Part shown: piece after piece, positions 1 to 9,550 of the stretch
Position numbering within the stretch: the first letter of the stretch is position 1
How the letters are laid out: each line of letters begins with the position of its first letter
DNA from: Poseidonia sp.
Lineage (GTDB): Archaea; Thermoplasmatota; Poseidoniia; Poseidoniales; Poseidoniaceae
Direction: 5' to 3'
Assembly (NCBI GenBank): GCA_038136695.1
Contig: JAYQAK010000001.1
Span: 1-56,898 of the forward strand
DNA: 56,898 nucleotides
The notes under the pieces: model-generated
Databases searched by the model: none
Told to the model about the DNA's origin: nothing
Seen by the model: the letters and a program-made list of their open reading frames with translations, nothing else
Translations under genes and position numbers: made by a program

Positions 1-578
1 GTCACCAAATCGGCAATGAACTCGTGACCGTGGTCGACGACCCGACGATGATGGGCGGCTACGGCGCCTATCCTGTGGACGATGAAGGTGTTGACACGCG
101 CGAAAAGGTCCTCATCAAGAACGGGGTGTTGACCGAGTACCTCAACCACCGAGAGACGGCTCACCATTTCGGCGTGGACCCAAACGGCGGCGCACGAGCC
201 CAAGACGGCCTGCATCACCCCCTTGTTCGCATGTCAAACACCATGATTCAAGGTGGCAAGCACGCCGACATGGACGAGTTGATGGAAGATATCCAGTACG
301 GTGTTTACGCCTGCGGAACCCGTGGCGGCCAAGTCGATACGGGCCGAGGATCGTTTCAATTTGCGGCCCAGGAAGCATGGCTCATCGAAAACGGCGAGTT
401 GACCCGTCCGCTCAAGGACGTGAGCGTCAGTGGTCTCACCCTTCAGATTCTGAAAAACGTGGACGGCCTCACTCGAGATGCGGCCCTCGCCTCCCCCGGC
501 TTCTGTGGTAAAGGCCAGACGGTGCCGGTTGGTGACGGCGGTCCTGTGATGCGCATTCGTGAAGCCTTGGTGGGATGA
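1..578 (+). CDS. tldD: TldD-family metalloprotease (peptidase U62), C-terminal part; the 5' end lies outside the window
   Basis: ORF is open to the window edge. Segments ...HPLVRMSNTMI..., ...YACGTRGGQVDTGRGSFQF... and ...SPGFCGKGQTVPVGDGGP... match the conserved TldD/PmbA C-terminal core. The stop overlaps the next gene's ATG (ATGA at 575-578). Confidence 0.8.
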   Translation, partial: HQIGNELVTVVDDPTMMGGYGAYPVDDEGVDTREKVLIKNGVLTEYLNHRETAHHFGVDPNGGARAQDGLHHPLVRMSNTMIQGGKHADMDELMEDIQYGVYACGTRGGQVDTGRGSFQFAAQEAWLIENGELTRPLKDVSVSGLTLQILKNVDGLTRDAALASPGFCGKGQTVPVGDGGPVMRIREALVG

Positions 579-1984
579 TCGTGCTCCCTGAAGGTGCTGA
601 AGACCGTTTGTTGGCGAACGCCAACGTCATCGCTGATGCCTGCAAGGCGAGCGGTGTTGAACAGTGGGATTTGGTCGGATTTCAATCCTACGGGCACGAA
701 CTCGATATCGAGGCGGGAAAAATCACCATGGCCGGCGGAGGAGGTGAAGGTGGCTTTGGCGTTCGGGTCGTTGACCAAGGCCGGTTTGGATTTGCTCACC
801 TGGTCGATGTAAGCGGAGCTGAGCGTGCCGTTCAACAAGCCTTGGCCATCGCAAAGAAATCCCCCTCTGTCAACGGCTTCGTTCTTCCTTCAGAACAACC
901 TGCACAACAGGTTGGTGGACGATTTGACAAACGTCTGTTGGATGTCGGCCCAGAAACCCTGTTGGAACAAGCCGACGGCATTCTCTCAGAAGTCCAAAGT
1001 TTGGACGCTCGGGCCATCGTCACCGGGGGGGGTGTCGGCGTTTCTGCGACCGCTGGATGCTTGATGAACAGCGAAGGCATTCTCTCGGTTGGCATGACCA
1101 CCTCCCACGGCGTAGGATTGCAAGTTTCCATTGATGTGGACGGTGAGTTGACCAGTTCCTACCAAGGAGCCTCAAGCCGTACCCTCTTGCCCGATATCCC
1201 GGATTGCGTTCAACGAGCCGTGCATTGGGCACAGATCACGCAAAACCCCATCGAGGTCGAAAGCGAAGCCGTGGACACGCCGGTGGTGTTGACCAGCGAA
1301 GGGTTTTCGCCGTTGTTCTCGATGGTGGTTCCTCCTGCCCTCACCGGAGAAAAAATGGTTCGCAAGGAATCGTTCTGGTCGGAGAAATTTGGTCAGAAGG
1401 TCATCAACGAAGCCCTTAGCATCACCGATAACGGGCTGCTTGAAGGTGGCATGTCATCGGGCTCTCGCGACGCTGAGGGTGTGCCCCGAAAGCAGCAGAG
1501 CCTGATTGAAGAAGGTCGGCTCACCACCATGCTGTGGTCCACGCGTGATGCAGCGCAACAAGTCGCCGAAGGGCGTATCGAGGCTGCTGCTTCCACCGGT
1601 TCGGCTTCGGCAGGTGGTCACCAATCCCCACCTTCAACAGGCTGCACCGAGTTGTTCTTGACCAGCCAGCAAGGTTCACGCGACTGGGACCGCTTGTTGG
1701 CCACCATGGACAACGGGTACGTCGTCAACAGCGTCATGGGGGCTCACACAGCCAACCCGAGCAGCGGCGATTTCTCGGTGACGACCAGTTCCATCCTTCG
1801 CGTCCAAGACGGTGAAGTGGTGGGCGCCCTCAAGCAAGCCGGGCTGTCCGGCAACCTGGCGAAGGCATTGACCGGCGAGGTCATGCTTGGCAACGATGTC
1901 CGCCGCCAAGGGTCCTATTCCTCCGGGAGCATGCACGTTCCGGATGTGCTGCTCATGAACGGGTTGCGCGTCAACCCCGCTTGA
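575..1984 (+). CDS. pmbA: PmbA/TldD-family metalloprotease, partner of the upstream gene
   Basis: 469-aa ORF translationally coupled to tldD. Family-like segments GFGVRVVDQGRFGFA and C-terminal ...NSVMGAHTANPSSGDFSV.... The tldD-pmbA pairing is typical. Confidence 0.7.
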   Translation: MIVLPEGAEDRLLANANVIADACKASGVEQWDLVGFQSYGHELDIEAGKITMAGGGGEGGFGVRVVDQGRFGFAHLVDVSGAERAVQQALAIAKKSPSVNGFVLPSEQPAQQVGGRFDKRLLDVGPETLLEQADGILSEVQSLDARAIVTGGGVGVSATAGCLMNSEGILSVGMTTSHGVGLQVSIDVDGELTSSYQGASSRTLLPDIPDCVQRAVHWAQITQNPIEVESEAVDTPVVLTSEGFSPLFSMVVPPALTGEKMVRKESFWSEKFGQKVINEALSITDNGLLEGGMSSGSRDAEGVPRKQQSLIEEGRLTTMLWSTRDAAQQVAEGRIEAAASTGSASAGGHQSPPSTGCTELFLTSQQGSRDWDRLLATMDNGYVVNSVMGAHTANPSSGDFSVTTSSILRVQDGEVVGALKQAGLSGNLAKALTGEVMLGNDVRRQGSYSSGSMHVPDVLLMNGLRVNPA

Positions 1985-2144
1985 GTCTTCATCAACATCT
2001 GAGGCATTCTTTATGACCTGTCGTCATGGGTGAGGTGTCCCATGGAGGTCAAGGGAGTGTCCAATCTTAACCAACCCGCACGAAAGCCCGCCGCCTGTAC
2101 TCCAAACAGGCCACGAACACACACGCCTGTTGGAGGGTCGTTGC

Positions 2145-3830
2145 ATGGCTGATGACAAATATGCCGATTACGTGAAGGCCATTCTCGCCGAGTGTCCGGA
2201 TGCTGATGAAGGCGAAATTGCGGAGGCCTTTGCCAAGTACGAGAAAGAATTCTACATTCCTCCTCAAGATGCCATGCGTTCTGTCATGCGTCGGTTCAAG
2301 AGCGGAACCTCGCCTGCGCCGACCGCTTCTGGCGAACGAGCCCCTCGACAAACGAAGAAAGTCGCTGCCTTGTCGGAACTCACCGGATCGGATAGGGACG
2401 TCGAAATCGAAGTCGCCATCATCACGCACAACGTTCGCGACCAGATGATTCGAGGAGAAGAAAAACAAATTGCGTTTGGTATGCTCGAGGACAATCCTTG
2501 GGAGGAAAACGGTGAACGCACACGCTGGGACTACAAAGACTGGGGCCCGCATGCCAACTTGGCTGCCGGGAGCATCGTTCGAATCGAAGGCGGGAGTGTC
2601 AACGAATACAACGGGAAGATGTCCCTCAACATCAATCAGTCCACGCGTATCGTGGTGCTGAAGGAAGGCGTGGCAACGGTTCCATCCTCCAACGACCCCG
2701 TCGACATCGACCAGCTTCCTTCCGACGGATATGCTTGCGTCGTCGGTCGGGTGCTGGCATCACGGCCCGACCAAATTCACCGCAAGGACGGTTCAGGTTC
2801 CATCGACGTGGTGAGAGGTCGTCTCGCCGACGGCTCAGGCACCATTGGTTTCCTCTCTTGGGAACCGTTTGATCACGAAGTGGGCGCCTTGCTGAAAATC
2901 GACGGAGCTCAAATCCGTAGCTTCCGCAACACACCGGAATTGAACTTTGGTCGCACCACCCGCATTGAGGTGTTTCACGATGCAAACTTTGCCGACTTGG
3001 AAACCCTTGCTGAGCAGACCAACGTTACCATTTCTGACTTGACCGATGGGGCACGGGACGTTGATGCTGTGGTTCAAATCACCGAATTGATGAAACGAAC
3101 GTTCGAGCGCGACGGTGAAGAAAAATTCCTCTGGTCCGGCCAAATTGCAGACCCAACGGGTCGGTGCCGCATCAGCCTGTGGGACACCTTACCGTTCGAT
3201 GAGGCCGATTTGCCGGTGACCGTGAGCATCAAGAGTGCTCGTGTACGAGCCTGGCAGGGCATCCCCGACATCACGGTTGACAGCGCCGATCAGATGGAGG
3301 TGCTTGAAGCGCCTCCATGGGACGATTCGATGGATTTGACCAACCATGCGGTCAGTGTGCCGTTGGCTGAGTTGGCCACCGGTGCGAGTCGCGTGGGCAT
3401 TGAAACCAGCGGCATGGTCGTGAGCGTTCGTGAGGATTCTGGTTTCATCATGCGCTGCACCGAATGCCGTCGTGTCTTGCGCGACGGTGCGTGTTACGAC
3501 CACGGTGCAAACGATGGGCAGCAAGACATACGCCTTCGTTTGGTGGTTGATGATGCAGGTGCCACGACAGCCGTGTTGACCAACAAGGATGCCTCACTCG
3601 CTTCCCTTGAAATGACGGAGGATGGGATGAAGGCCTCGGTTGAGGAACACGGGGACCTTGGCTTTGTTCAACTCGTTCGGGAACGTTTGCTGGGGCGAAA
3701 CGTCGCCATTACCGGGCGAACCATCGTGGACGAACAAGGTGCGATGATTCTTGCAGACGGGTTGAACCTCGTCGAGCAGGACGTCCAACTTCGAGCGACG
3801 GAACTCCGGGCGCAGTGGGGGTGGGCTTGA
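2145..3830 (+). CDS. rpa: Replication protein A (multi-OB-fold ssDNA-binding protein with a zinc finger)
   Basis: Repeated OB-like segments (IEVAIITHNVRDQ..., ACVVGRVLAS..., VDAVVQITELMKRTF...) and a Cys/His finger CTECRRVLRDGACYDH. GGAGGG lies upstream of the ATG at 2145; the track start at 2130 is a TTG. Confidence 0.75.
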   Translation: MADDKYADYVKAILAECPDADEGEIAEAFAKYEKEFYIPPQDAMRSVMRRFKSGTSPAPTASGERAPRQTKKVAALSELTGSDRDVEIEVAIITHNVRDQMIRGEEKQIAFGMLEDNPWEENGERTRWDYKDWGPHANLAAGSIVRIEGGSVNEYNGKMSLNINQSTRIVVLKEGVATVPSSNDPVDIDQLPSDGYACVVGRVLASRPDQIHRKDGSGSIDVVRGRLADGSGTIGFLSWEPFDHEVGALLKIDGAQIRSFRNTPELNFGRTTRIEVFHDANFADLETLAEQTNVTISDLTDGARDVDAVVQITELMKRTFERDGEEKFLWSGQIADPTGRCRISLWDTLPFDEADLPVTVSIKSARVRAWQGIPDITVDSADQMEVLEAPPWDDSMDLTNHAVSVPLAELATGASRVGIETSGMVVSVREDSGFIMRCTECRRVLRDGACYDHGANDGQQDIRLRLVVDDAGATTAVLTNKDASLASLEMTEDGMKASVEEHGDLGFVQLVRERLLGRNVAITGRTIVDEQGAMILADGLNLVEQDVQLRATELRAQWGWA

Positions 3831-4750
3831 TGGAACGGGCACGCATTGCTCGCCAGCCGGCTCATCTGCTGTTGGCCTCGGAATTTGGAAGCGCCACCCT
3901 TCACGAGAAGGGCCCCGGTGAATACGATCCTTCCTTTATCATCACCAAATTGGGTGCCAAAGTCAATCGCGTGGTTGCCGCTGGTTTGCTCGAACGTCTC
4001 GAACAACGCGACACCAGCAACGGTTCGATGTTGTATCAGGGGCAGTTGCGTGACCCAACGGGCCTGCATTACTTCTCCATCGGCGAATACAATTCAGAAA
4101 TGATGCGAGAATTGGCTCACCAATGGGTTGAACGCATCGAGGACGGCGAACCCCTGTTGGTGATGATGACGGCCAAAACACGATGGTACCAAACCGATGA
4201 AGGAGCCGTCTACACGTCCTTGCGACCTGAGGAGGCCTGCGTGGTCTCTCGGGACGTCTACGCCAATTGGCTTCTCGATGCCTGCGAGAGCACCATGGAG
4301 CGAATGAATGCGTACGCCGCTTCTTTGGAAGTCGAGCCGACCATGGATGCATACGCGCGAGTGGGCCTGTCGAACAGTCTTCTCGTGTCACGCAACCATT
4401 ACGGCGACATCGATGTTGAGCCGTTCAAACTCAACTTGATGCAAGCGCTCGATATCGCTGAAGGCCGCATTGAAGCAGCCACCACACCTCCCCCAATGAT
4501 GTCCCTTCCCACCGCGGAAGAGGCGTCATCCACCACCGGAGACGGAGGGCAAAACTTGAGTGAATTCCTGCTTCAAGCCGTTGGACAACTCGACCAAGGC
4601 GAAGGTGTCGATTACGAAACCATCCTGAAAAACGCCGTCGCCCGAGGTCATGTGCGTGAGACGGCAGAGGCGTGCCTCGACGAATTGCTCGAATCAGGTC
4701 GCCTTTCAGAACCACGATTTGGGTGGTTCCGGATCGCCGCTGGTGAATAA
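3830..4750 (+). CDS. RPA-associated protein (Rpap, COG3390-like OB-fold protein)
   Basis: N-terminus ...ARQPAHLLLASEFGSATL...PSFIITKLGAKVNRVVAAGLL...GQLRDPTGLHYFSIGEYN resembles haloarchaeal Rpap proteins. The ATG overlaps the rpa stop (TGATG), and rpa-rpap operons are known in Euryarchaeota. Confidence 0.65.
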   Translation: MERARIARQPAHLLLASEFGSATLHEKGPGEYDPSFIITKLGAKVNRVVAAGLLERLEQRDTSNGSMLYQGQLRDPTGLHYFSIGEYNSEMMRELAHQWVERIEDGEPLLVMMTAKTRWYQTDEGAVYTSLRPEEACVVSRDVYANWLLDACESTMERMNAYAASLEVEPTMDAYARVGLSNSLLVSRNHYGDIDVEPFKLNLMQALDIAEGRIEAATTPPPMMSLPTAEEASSTTGDGGQNLSEFLLQAVGQLDQGEGVDYETILKNAVARGHVRETAEACLDELLESGRLSEPRFGWFRIAAGE

Positions 4751-4805
4751 ATAGGCCCAACACATTCAAGTCCTTCTCGTGATGTGGGACCTATAGGGGT
4801 CAGAC

Positions 4806-5159
4806 ATGGCAGGAATGGATTTCTTTATTCGTCCCGCAACGGGTACATCAAGTTCAGATTGGGTTCGCATTGCGAATGCAGACATGAAAGTCCGAATGAC
4901 ACGACGCTTGACACGCACCGTGATTCGTGGCCAGGAAGGCGACGATCTTCACGACGAAGGGTCGGAATCAACCATGTACACCGTACGCGGCGAAATCACA
5001 CTCGACGAGTACAAGCGCATCGTGGCCATGTTTCGGACCGGTCAGCCGTACATTCACGACCCGTTTGAAGAACGGGATGTGAAGGTCATTTTCGCCGTGA
5101 TGGAATACGACAGCGCCAACGAAAGTTTCCATTTTGAGTTGCTCGAAGACGTCATTTGA
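4806..5159 (+). CDS. Hypothetical 117-aa soluble protein, first gene of the pilus-like cluster
   Basis: ORF with an ATG start and no recognised motif, directly upstream of the T2SS-F genes on the same strand. Confidence 0.45.
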   Translation: MAGMDFFIRPATGTSSSDWVRIANADMKVRMTRRLTRTVIRGQEGDDLHDEGSESTMYTVRGEITLDEYKRIVAMFRTGQPYIHDPFEERDVKVIFAVMEYDSANESFHFELLEDVI

Positions 5160-5169
5160 GGTGAACAGC

Positions 5170-5751
5170 ATGCGAAAACTGGAGGAAAAGCGAGAACTCC
5201 TCTACGTGATTCGTACCATGGACGTCTTGATGTCATCAGGTGTCGGTTTGGAAGCGGCCCTCCACACCATTGGGAGGGGCGGCTACGGCATCATTTCGCA
5301 GGACTTTTCCGCCATGATGGTTCGCCTGCGAAAAGGGAGCTCCAAGGGCTTGGACCGTGAACTCAAGGATTTGATGAAAATCGCCGAGTCAGCAGGGTAC
5401 AAGCGTTTACTCAACACGCTCTACACCAACGTGACGCAGAACACGGATTTGGTCGAGACCCTCAAGAAGCAAGGAGCTCGAATGGAAGAAGAGCGCAGCG
5501 ATGAGGTGGAGAAGTACATCGAAGAACTCGGTGGTGTCCCTGAAACCTTGCTCTCCATTGGAATGATTGGGCCGATCATCTTGGCCATCGTGGGGTTGGT
5601 ACCTCAATTGATGTCGGGTGACCTCGGAGCGTTCATGTCACTGCCGCCGCCTTCAACCATCAACGCCGTTGTGAACATGGGTTTGATGATCACGCTCGTT
5701 GGCATGGCACTCATTGGGCTGAAGGCCCACACCAAAGATCCGGGGTTGTGA
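5170..5751 (+). CDS. Type II secretion system F-domain membrane protein (TadB / half-FlaJ-like platform subunit)
   Basis: Single T2SSF-like domain (...LLYVIRTMDVLMSSGVGLEAALHTIG...) followed by hydrophobic C-terminal helices. ATG at 5170 chosen over the upstream track start at 5134. Confidence 0.65.
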   Translation: MRKLEEKRELLYVIRTMDVLMSSGVGLEAALHTIGRGGYGIISQDFSAMMVRLRKGSSKGLDRELKDLMKIAESAGYKRLLNTLYTNVTQNTDLVETLKKQGARMEEERSDEVEKYIEELGGVPETLLSIGMIGPIILAIVGLVPQLMSGDLGAFMSLPPPSTINAVVNMGLMITLVGMALIGLKAHTKDPGL

Positions 5752-5754
5752 ATC

Positions 5755-6486
5755 ATGATTTTTGGCATCCTCGAATCTTTCAATGACGCTCCGTTGCTGC
5801 TGTACCTGACGGTGATTGCTCTGGCGTGTGCGGGAGGTGGCATTCCACCGATGCTTGAACGCCGACGTCGTCGCACGATTGAAAACGAACTCCCCTCCTT
5901 TTTGGAATCCCTTTCCGATTCCGTGGGAGCAGGACGGGGTTTGCAAGAAGCGATGAAAGAACAGTCCGAAGCAAGTGACGGGCCGTTGGCCATGCTCTTG
6001 CGTGAAACGCTTCGAGAAGCCCACGCCTCCTCCTTTGAGGCGAGTCTGTCAGCCTTCGCCGCCAAGACCCGATCCAGTCAGGTGCAGCGTGTCATGATGC
6101 TGATTGAGACGGCGCTCCAGCAAGACTCATCCTTGCGAGACATCCTCTCGGATTTGAGCCGTGACTACGAGCGACTCAACGATTTGATGAATCGCAGAGA
6201 GTCCGAACTTTCGGGTCGAGGCATGCTTATCATCATCTTTGTAAGCGTTGGCTTACCTGTACTGATCGCTTTCATTGTGGGGCTTTTCGCACCCGCCAGT
6301 AAGGGTTTTCAAATCGCCTCGTTCAATCAAACATTCTCGTTCTTTTTCGCAGCTGCCTCCGCCGTTGGTGTCGGTGTTTCCGGTCGAATGATGGGCCGTT
6401 TCAAAGACACGCTGTGGTGGCTCCCCTTGTGGATGGCCGTCTCAATGGGCCTGTACCTCGGGGCTGTGAAGGCCGTTGGAGGTTGA
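5755..6486 (+). CDS. Type II secretion system F-domain membrane protein (TadC / half-FlaJ-like platform subunit)
   Basis: N-terminal TM helix, T2SSF-like helical domain (...LPSFLESLSDSVGAGRGLQEAM...) and C-terminal TM helices. Starts 3 nt after the previous gene. Confidence 0.65.
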   Translation: MIFGILESFNDAPLLLYLTVIALACAGGGIPPMLERRRRRTIENELPSFLESLSDSVGAGRGLQEAMKEQSEASDGPLAMLLRETLREAHASSFEASLSAFAAKTRSSQVQRVMMLIETALQQDSSLRDILSDLSRDYERLNDLMNRRESELSGRGMLIIIFVSVGLPVLIAFIVGLFAPASKGFQIASFNQTFSFFFAAASAVGVGVSGRMMGRFKDTLWWLPLWMAVSMGLYLGAVKAVGG

Positions 6487-6490
6487 ACGC

Positions 6491-7732
6491 ATGTCAGAAC
6501 AAATACTGGAACAATACGGTCGCGTGACCATTTACACCGAAGCCAATCACCCTTCGCCCATCTACCACGTTGAAGGCGATATTCAAGCGAACCCATACGG
6601 TGATCTCGCTGCGTTGTTTGAAGACGATGCGCTTGAGGAAGTGATGTACAACGGCGGCACGCAATGCGTCAAAGTCGCCCATCGCAACCACGGCATGTGT
6701 CGAACCAACATTTGGATCGACGATGATTCCGGTCTGCAAATTGCCAAAAACATCGCCTCGTTCACCAATGTCCCTCTTGGCGATGGTCCGGGTCTCGTTC
6801 CCATCTTTGACGGCCGTCTCCCTGACGGTTCCCGTGTCAACGGAACCATCCCTCCAGTGTCGCCGGACGGACCGACCCTCACCATTCGTAAATTCAAGGA
6901 AGACCCGCTCACGATGATTGACCTCGTCAACTTCGGCACGGTCAATTCACGACTCGCAGCCATGATGTGGGTATGGATCGAGGGCCTCGACAGCCGACCC
7001 GCTAACTTTGTGATTGCCGGCGGTACAGGATCGGGTAAAACCACCACGCTGAACTGTTTGGGCATGTACATCCCGTGGTCTCGCCGTCTGCTGACGGTCG
7101 AGGACACCGCTGAATTGCAGGTGTATCACGACCACTGGTTGCGCATGGAGACTCGTCGAGAGCGACCAGACGGCACCCCAGAAGTTGACATGAACGACTG
7201 TCTCAAGTCCAGTTTGCGTATGCGACCTGACCGCATCATCGTCGGTGAAGTCCGTGGACCGGAGTGTGCAACCTTGCTCACGGCCATGAACACCGGTCAC
7301 GATGGTTCGTTCGGTTCCCTGCACGCCAACACAGCCCAAGAAACGGTGACGCGTATGATCAACCCGCCCATGAACGTTCCACCCATCATGTTGAGCGGCT
7401 TGGATTTGATCATCATCCAAGCTCGGCTTCACGTCAACGGGAAAACGGCTCGCAAGATCACCGAAGTGGCTGAAATCGCTGGTATGGAAGGTGACAAACC
7501 TCGTTTAAACGCCATTTGGAAGTACAATGCCGCCACAGACCAAATCGAAGAAACCGGCATCCCTTCCAAACTCCGAGAAACGATTTGCAACGCTGCAGGC
7601 GTGACGCCCGATGTGTTCGAGCGCCACGTTTCACAACGCCAAGCCATCATCGAAGATTTGTGCTCGCGAGGCATCTCCGATATCCAAACCGTGACATCGG
7701 TGGTTCAGAACTTCTATGCCCAACAGCACTGA
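6491..7732 (+). CDS. Type II/IV secretion ATPase (TadA/CpaF/FlaI family)
   Basis: Walker A IAGGTGSGKTTTLN, Asp box ...LLTVEDTAEL..., Walker B ...RPDRIIVGEVRG... and His box ...TGHDGSFGSLHAN.... ATG at 6491 lies 4 nt after the previous stop. Confidence 0.85.
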   Translation: MSEQILEQYGRVTIYTEANHPSPIYHVEGDIQANPYGDLAALFEDDALEEVMYNGGTQCVKVAHRNHGMCRTNIWIDDDSGLQIAKNIASFTNVPLGDGPGLVPIFDGRLPDGSRVNGTIPPVSPDGPTLTIRKFKEDPLTMIDLVNFGTVNSRLAAMMWVWIEGLDSRPANFVIAGGTGSGKTTTLNCLGMYIPWSRRLLTVEDTAELQVYHDHWLRMETRRERPDGTPEVDMNDCLKSSLRMRPDRIIVGEVRGPECATLLTAMNTGHDGSFGSLHANTAQETVTRMINPPMNVPPIMLSGLDLIIIQARLHVNGKTARKITEVAEIAGMEGDKPRLNAIWKYNAATDQIEETGIPSKLRETICNAAGVTPDVFERHVSQRQAIIEDLCSRGISDIQTVTSVVQNFYAQQH

Positions 7733-7752
7733 AGAACTTGTGCGCTCACGAA

Positions 7753-9447
7753 TCAACCTTTCAAGCGGTTGAGAAGGTCGTCGATGCGGTCGATCTTCCC
7801 CCGAACTCGTTGAATGTTTTCCGATGCGTCAACGACCGATTCAGCGACCATCGTTTCTTCTTCCTCTTCGGCCGTTGGTTCCGGTTTGAAACTGGACGCC
7901 AAGGCCTTGAGTTCGGTGACGATGGCATCCACTTCGGTCTCTGTGACGAGGACGCCAGGTGCAATACGAGGAATCTCACTGGGCGAGAGGAAGCCAAGCT
8001 CAGCCCCGAGAATGCCCGCACAAGCCAGGATTCGTGGACGAAGGTTGCTGGTGTTGACTTCGTAGCCTTTTGATTCCAAGAATCGAATCACCAACGCCTG
8101 CTCGGCTTCCTCAAAGCCCTCTTCTGCAGATTCAAGCACGGTCTGCACGAGTTCCTCAAACGCTGCGATGTTTCGCTCCAAGCGAGCGATGGTCATACGT
8201 TCACGCTCGAGCATGTGAACCGAGCCGCGATGCAGGATGCGCATCATGCGTTGGCGCCGTTGGACGACCGGGTCGTGAAGGGCTTGAGACTCAGCGATTT
8301 CGATGTGAAGGTCAAACAGGGCATGCAACCGACCGGAAACGCTCGGGACGCGAAGGTCGAGACCCATGGCGCGTCCTTCTTCTTCGAAGGCCATGCGTGC
8401 TTTGATGGGATCTCCTTTGTGGAGAGCGAGAATGTTTTCCAGTTGGTCACGAAGCCCGCTTCGGACTTCCTCAAAGAGTCGGAGGGCTTCTCGCTCAGCC
8501 CACGATTGGGGCATGGCGGTCGCAGCGTTTGATTCGTTCTGGATTTGATAGTCCAGTTCCATGATCATGTTGGCCACCGCTTGGTGGACGGGCGGATGGT
8601 CGGTAGCAAATCCTTGATGACGCAACGAGGCGATGAACGCGTTCATGTCGTCTTGGTTGGTGGTGGAACTGACCATCAAAAAATCACGTGCAAAGGCCCT
8701 GACTTCGGCCATTCGTTCATTCAGTTCCATCAAGGCGGTTTCGACTTCGAGGCTGTGAACTTCCATGTCCACGTGTTGAATCATCGGGGGTGGAGATGCT
8801 GGTGCTGGCTCGGGCTCAAACGAAGCATCCAACTCGTTCCCAGCGGCTTGCATGGCGGTGTTTTCTTCAAACATCCATTCCTCATTCTGCTGTTCAACAA
8901 CCCCCGCGACGGGTGAAGGAACGCTCTCTTCGGCGGTGGGTTCTGCAACAACAGGTGCTGGGACGGAAGGGACCGTGATTTTGTCCTTGGGTCTACGAAG
9001 GCTCTTCTTGACCTTACCCCATGCATTTTCTTGGGATGCCAACACGCCTGCAACCCGTGCAAGGAGGCTTTGCTTGTTTCCGGAAAGCGGGAGTTCGAGG
9101 TCTTTGCACAAGCCGTGAAGATCGTCGCGAGTCATGGCGTCAAGGGTTTCAACGGTCAGCGTTTTTGGGTCGTGGTTGAGATGCAAAAAGAGGCGTTGGC
9201 GACGGGCTTTGATGGAACCGGACTTTTTGATACCGAACAAGCCCAACAACTCGCCGAGGTCGTTGTTTGAGATGGCTTTGATGCCGGAAGCTGAGAGGTC
9301 CCAATCGTGAAGGACGAGGTCTCGAATCAATCGGGTTCGCAACGATTCAACGGGGCCGGTTTTGGACAGGTTGTGAGCACCAGCAATCTCCTTCAAGTCC
9401 TCAAAGCGGGCTTGATAGAGTTCGGCTAACAATGCAGACCGGTCCAT
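7753..9447 (-). CDS. Hypothetical protein with three N-terminal SAP/HeH-like motifs and a long helical C-terminal region
   Basis: HeH-like motifs: FEDLKEIAGAHNLSKTGPVESLRTRLIRDL, NDLGELLGLFGIKKSGSIKARRQRLFLHL, DDLHGLCKDLELPLSGNKQSLLARVAGVL. Start set at the ATG for MDRSALL (9447) rather than the upstream GTG at 9540. Confidence 0.6.
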   Translation of the reverse strand: MDRSALLAELYQARFEDLKEIAGAHNLSKTGPVESLRTRLIRDLVLHDWDLSASGIKAISNNDLGELLGLFGIKKSGSIKARRQRLFLHLNHDPKTLTVETLDAMTRDDLHGLCKDLELPLSGNKQSLLARVAGVLASQENAWGKVKKSLRRPKDKITVPSVPAPVVAEPTAEESVPSPVAGVVEQQNEEWMFEENTAMQAAGNELDASFEPEPAPASPPPMIQHVDMEVHSLEVETALMELNERMAEVRAFARDFLMVSSTTNQDDMNAFIASLRHQGFATDHPPVHQAVANMIMELDYQIQNESNAATAMPQSWAEREALRLFEEVRSGLRDQLENILALHKGDPIKARMAFEEEGRAMGLDLRVPSVSGRLHALFDLHIEIAESQALHDPVVQRRQRMMRILHRGSVHMLERERMTIARLERNIAAFEELVQTVLESAEEGFEEAEQALVIRFLESKGYEVNTSNLRPRILACAGILGAELGFLSPSEIPRIAPGVLVTETEVDAIVTELKALASSFKPEPTAEEEEETMVAESVVDASENIQRVRGKIDRIDDLLNRLKG

Positions 9448-9550
9448 GTTCGCCCCACCTTGGGGCGATTTGCCACATTCAAAGGTTATAGGTCTTCGCA
9501 GTCCCATGAGGCCTTGCAGGGCGGTTCTTGCCCCTCTCACGATTTGCCGT

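Noticed and set aside
1985-2144. A 160-nt gap upstream of rpa with a TATA-like TTCTTTATGA (~2007) and a CATGGG-(8 nt)-CCCATG hairpin, considered as a small ncRNA or structured leader.
   Set aside because: I found no C/D or H/ACA box pattern or other recognisable RNA family signature. A 6-bp stem alone is not evidence, so it is left as an unremarkable 5' region.
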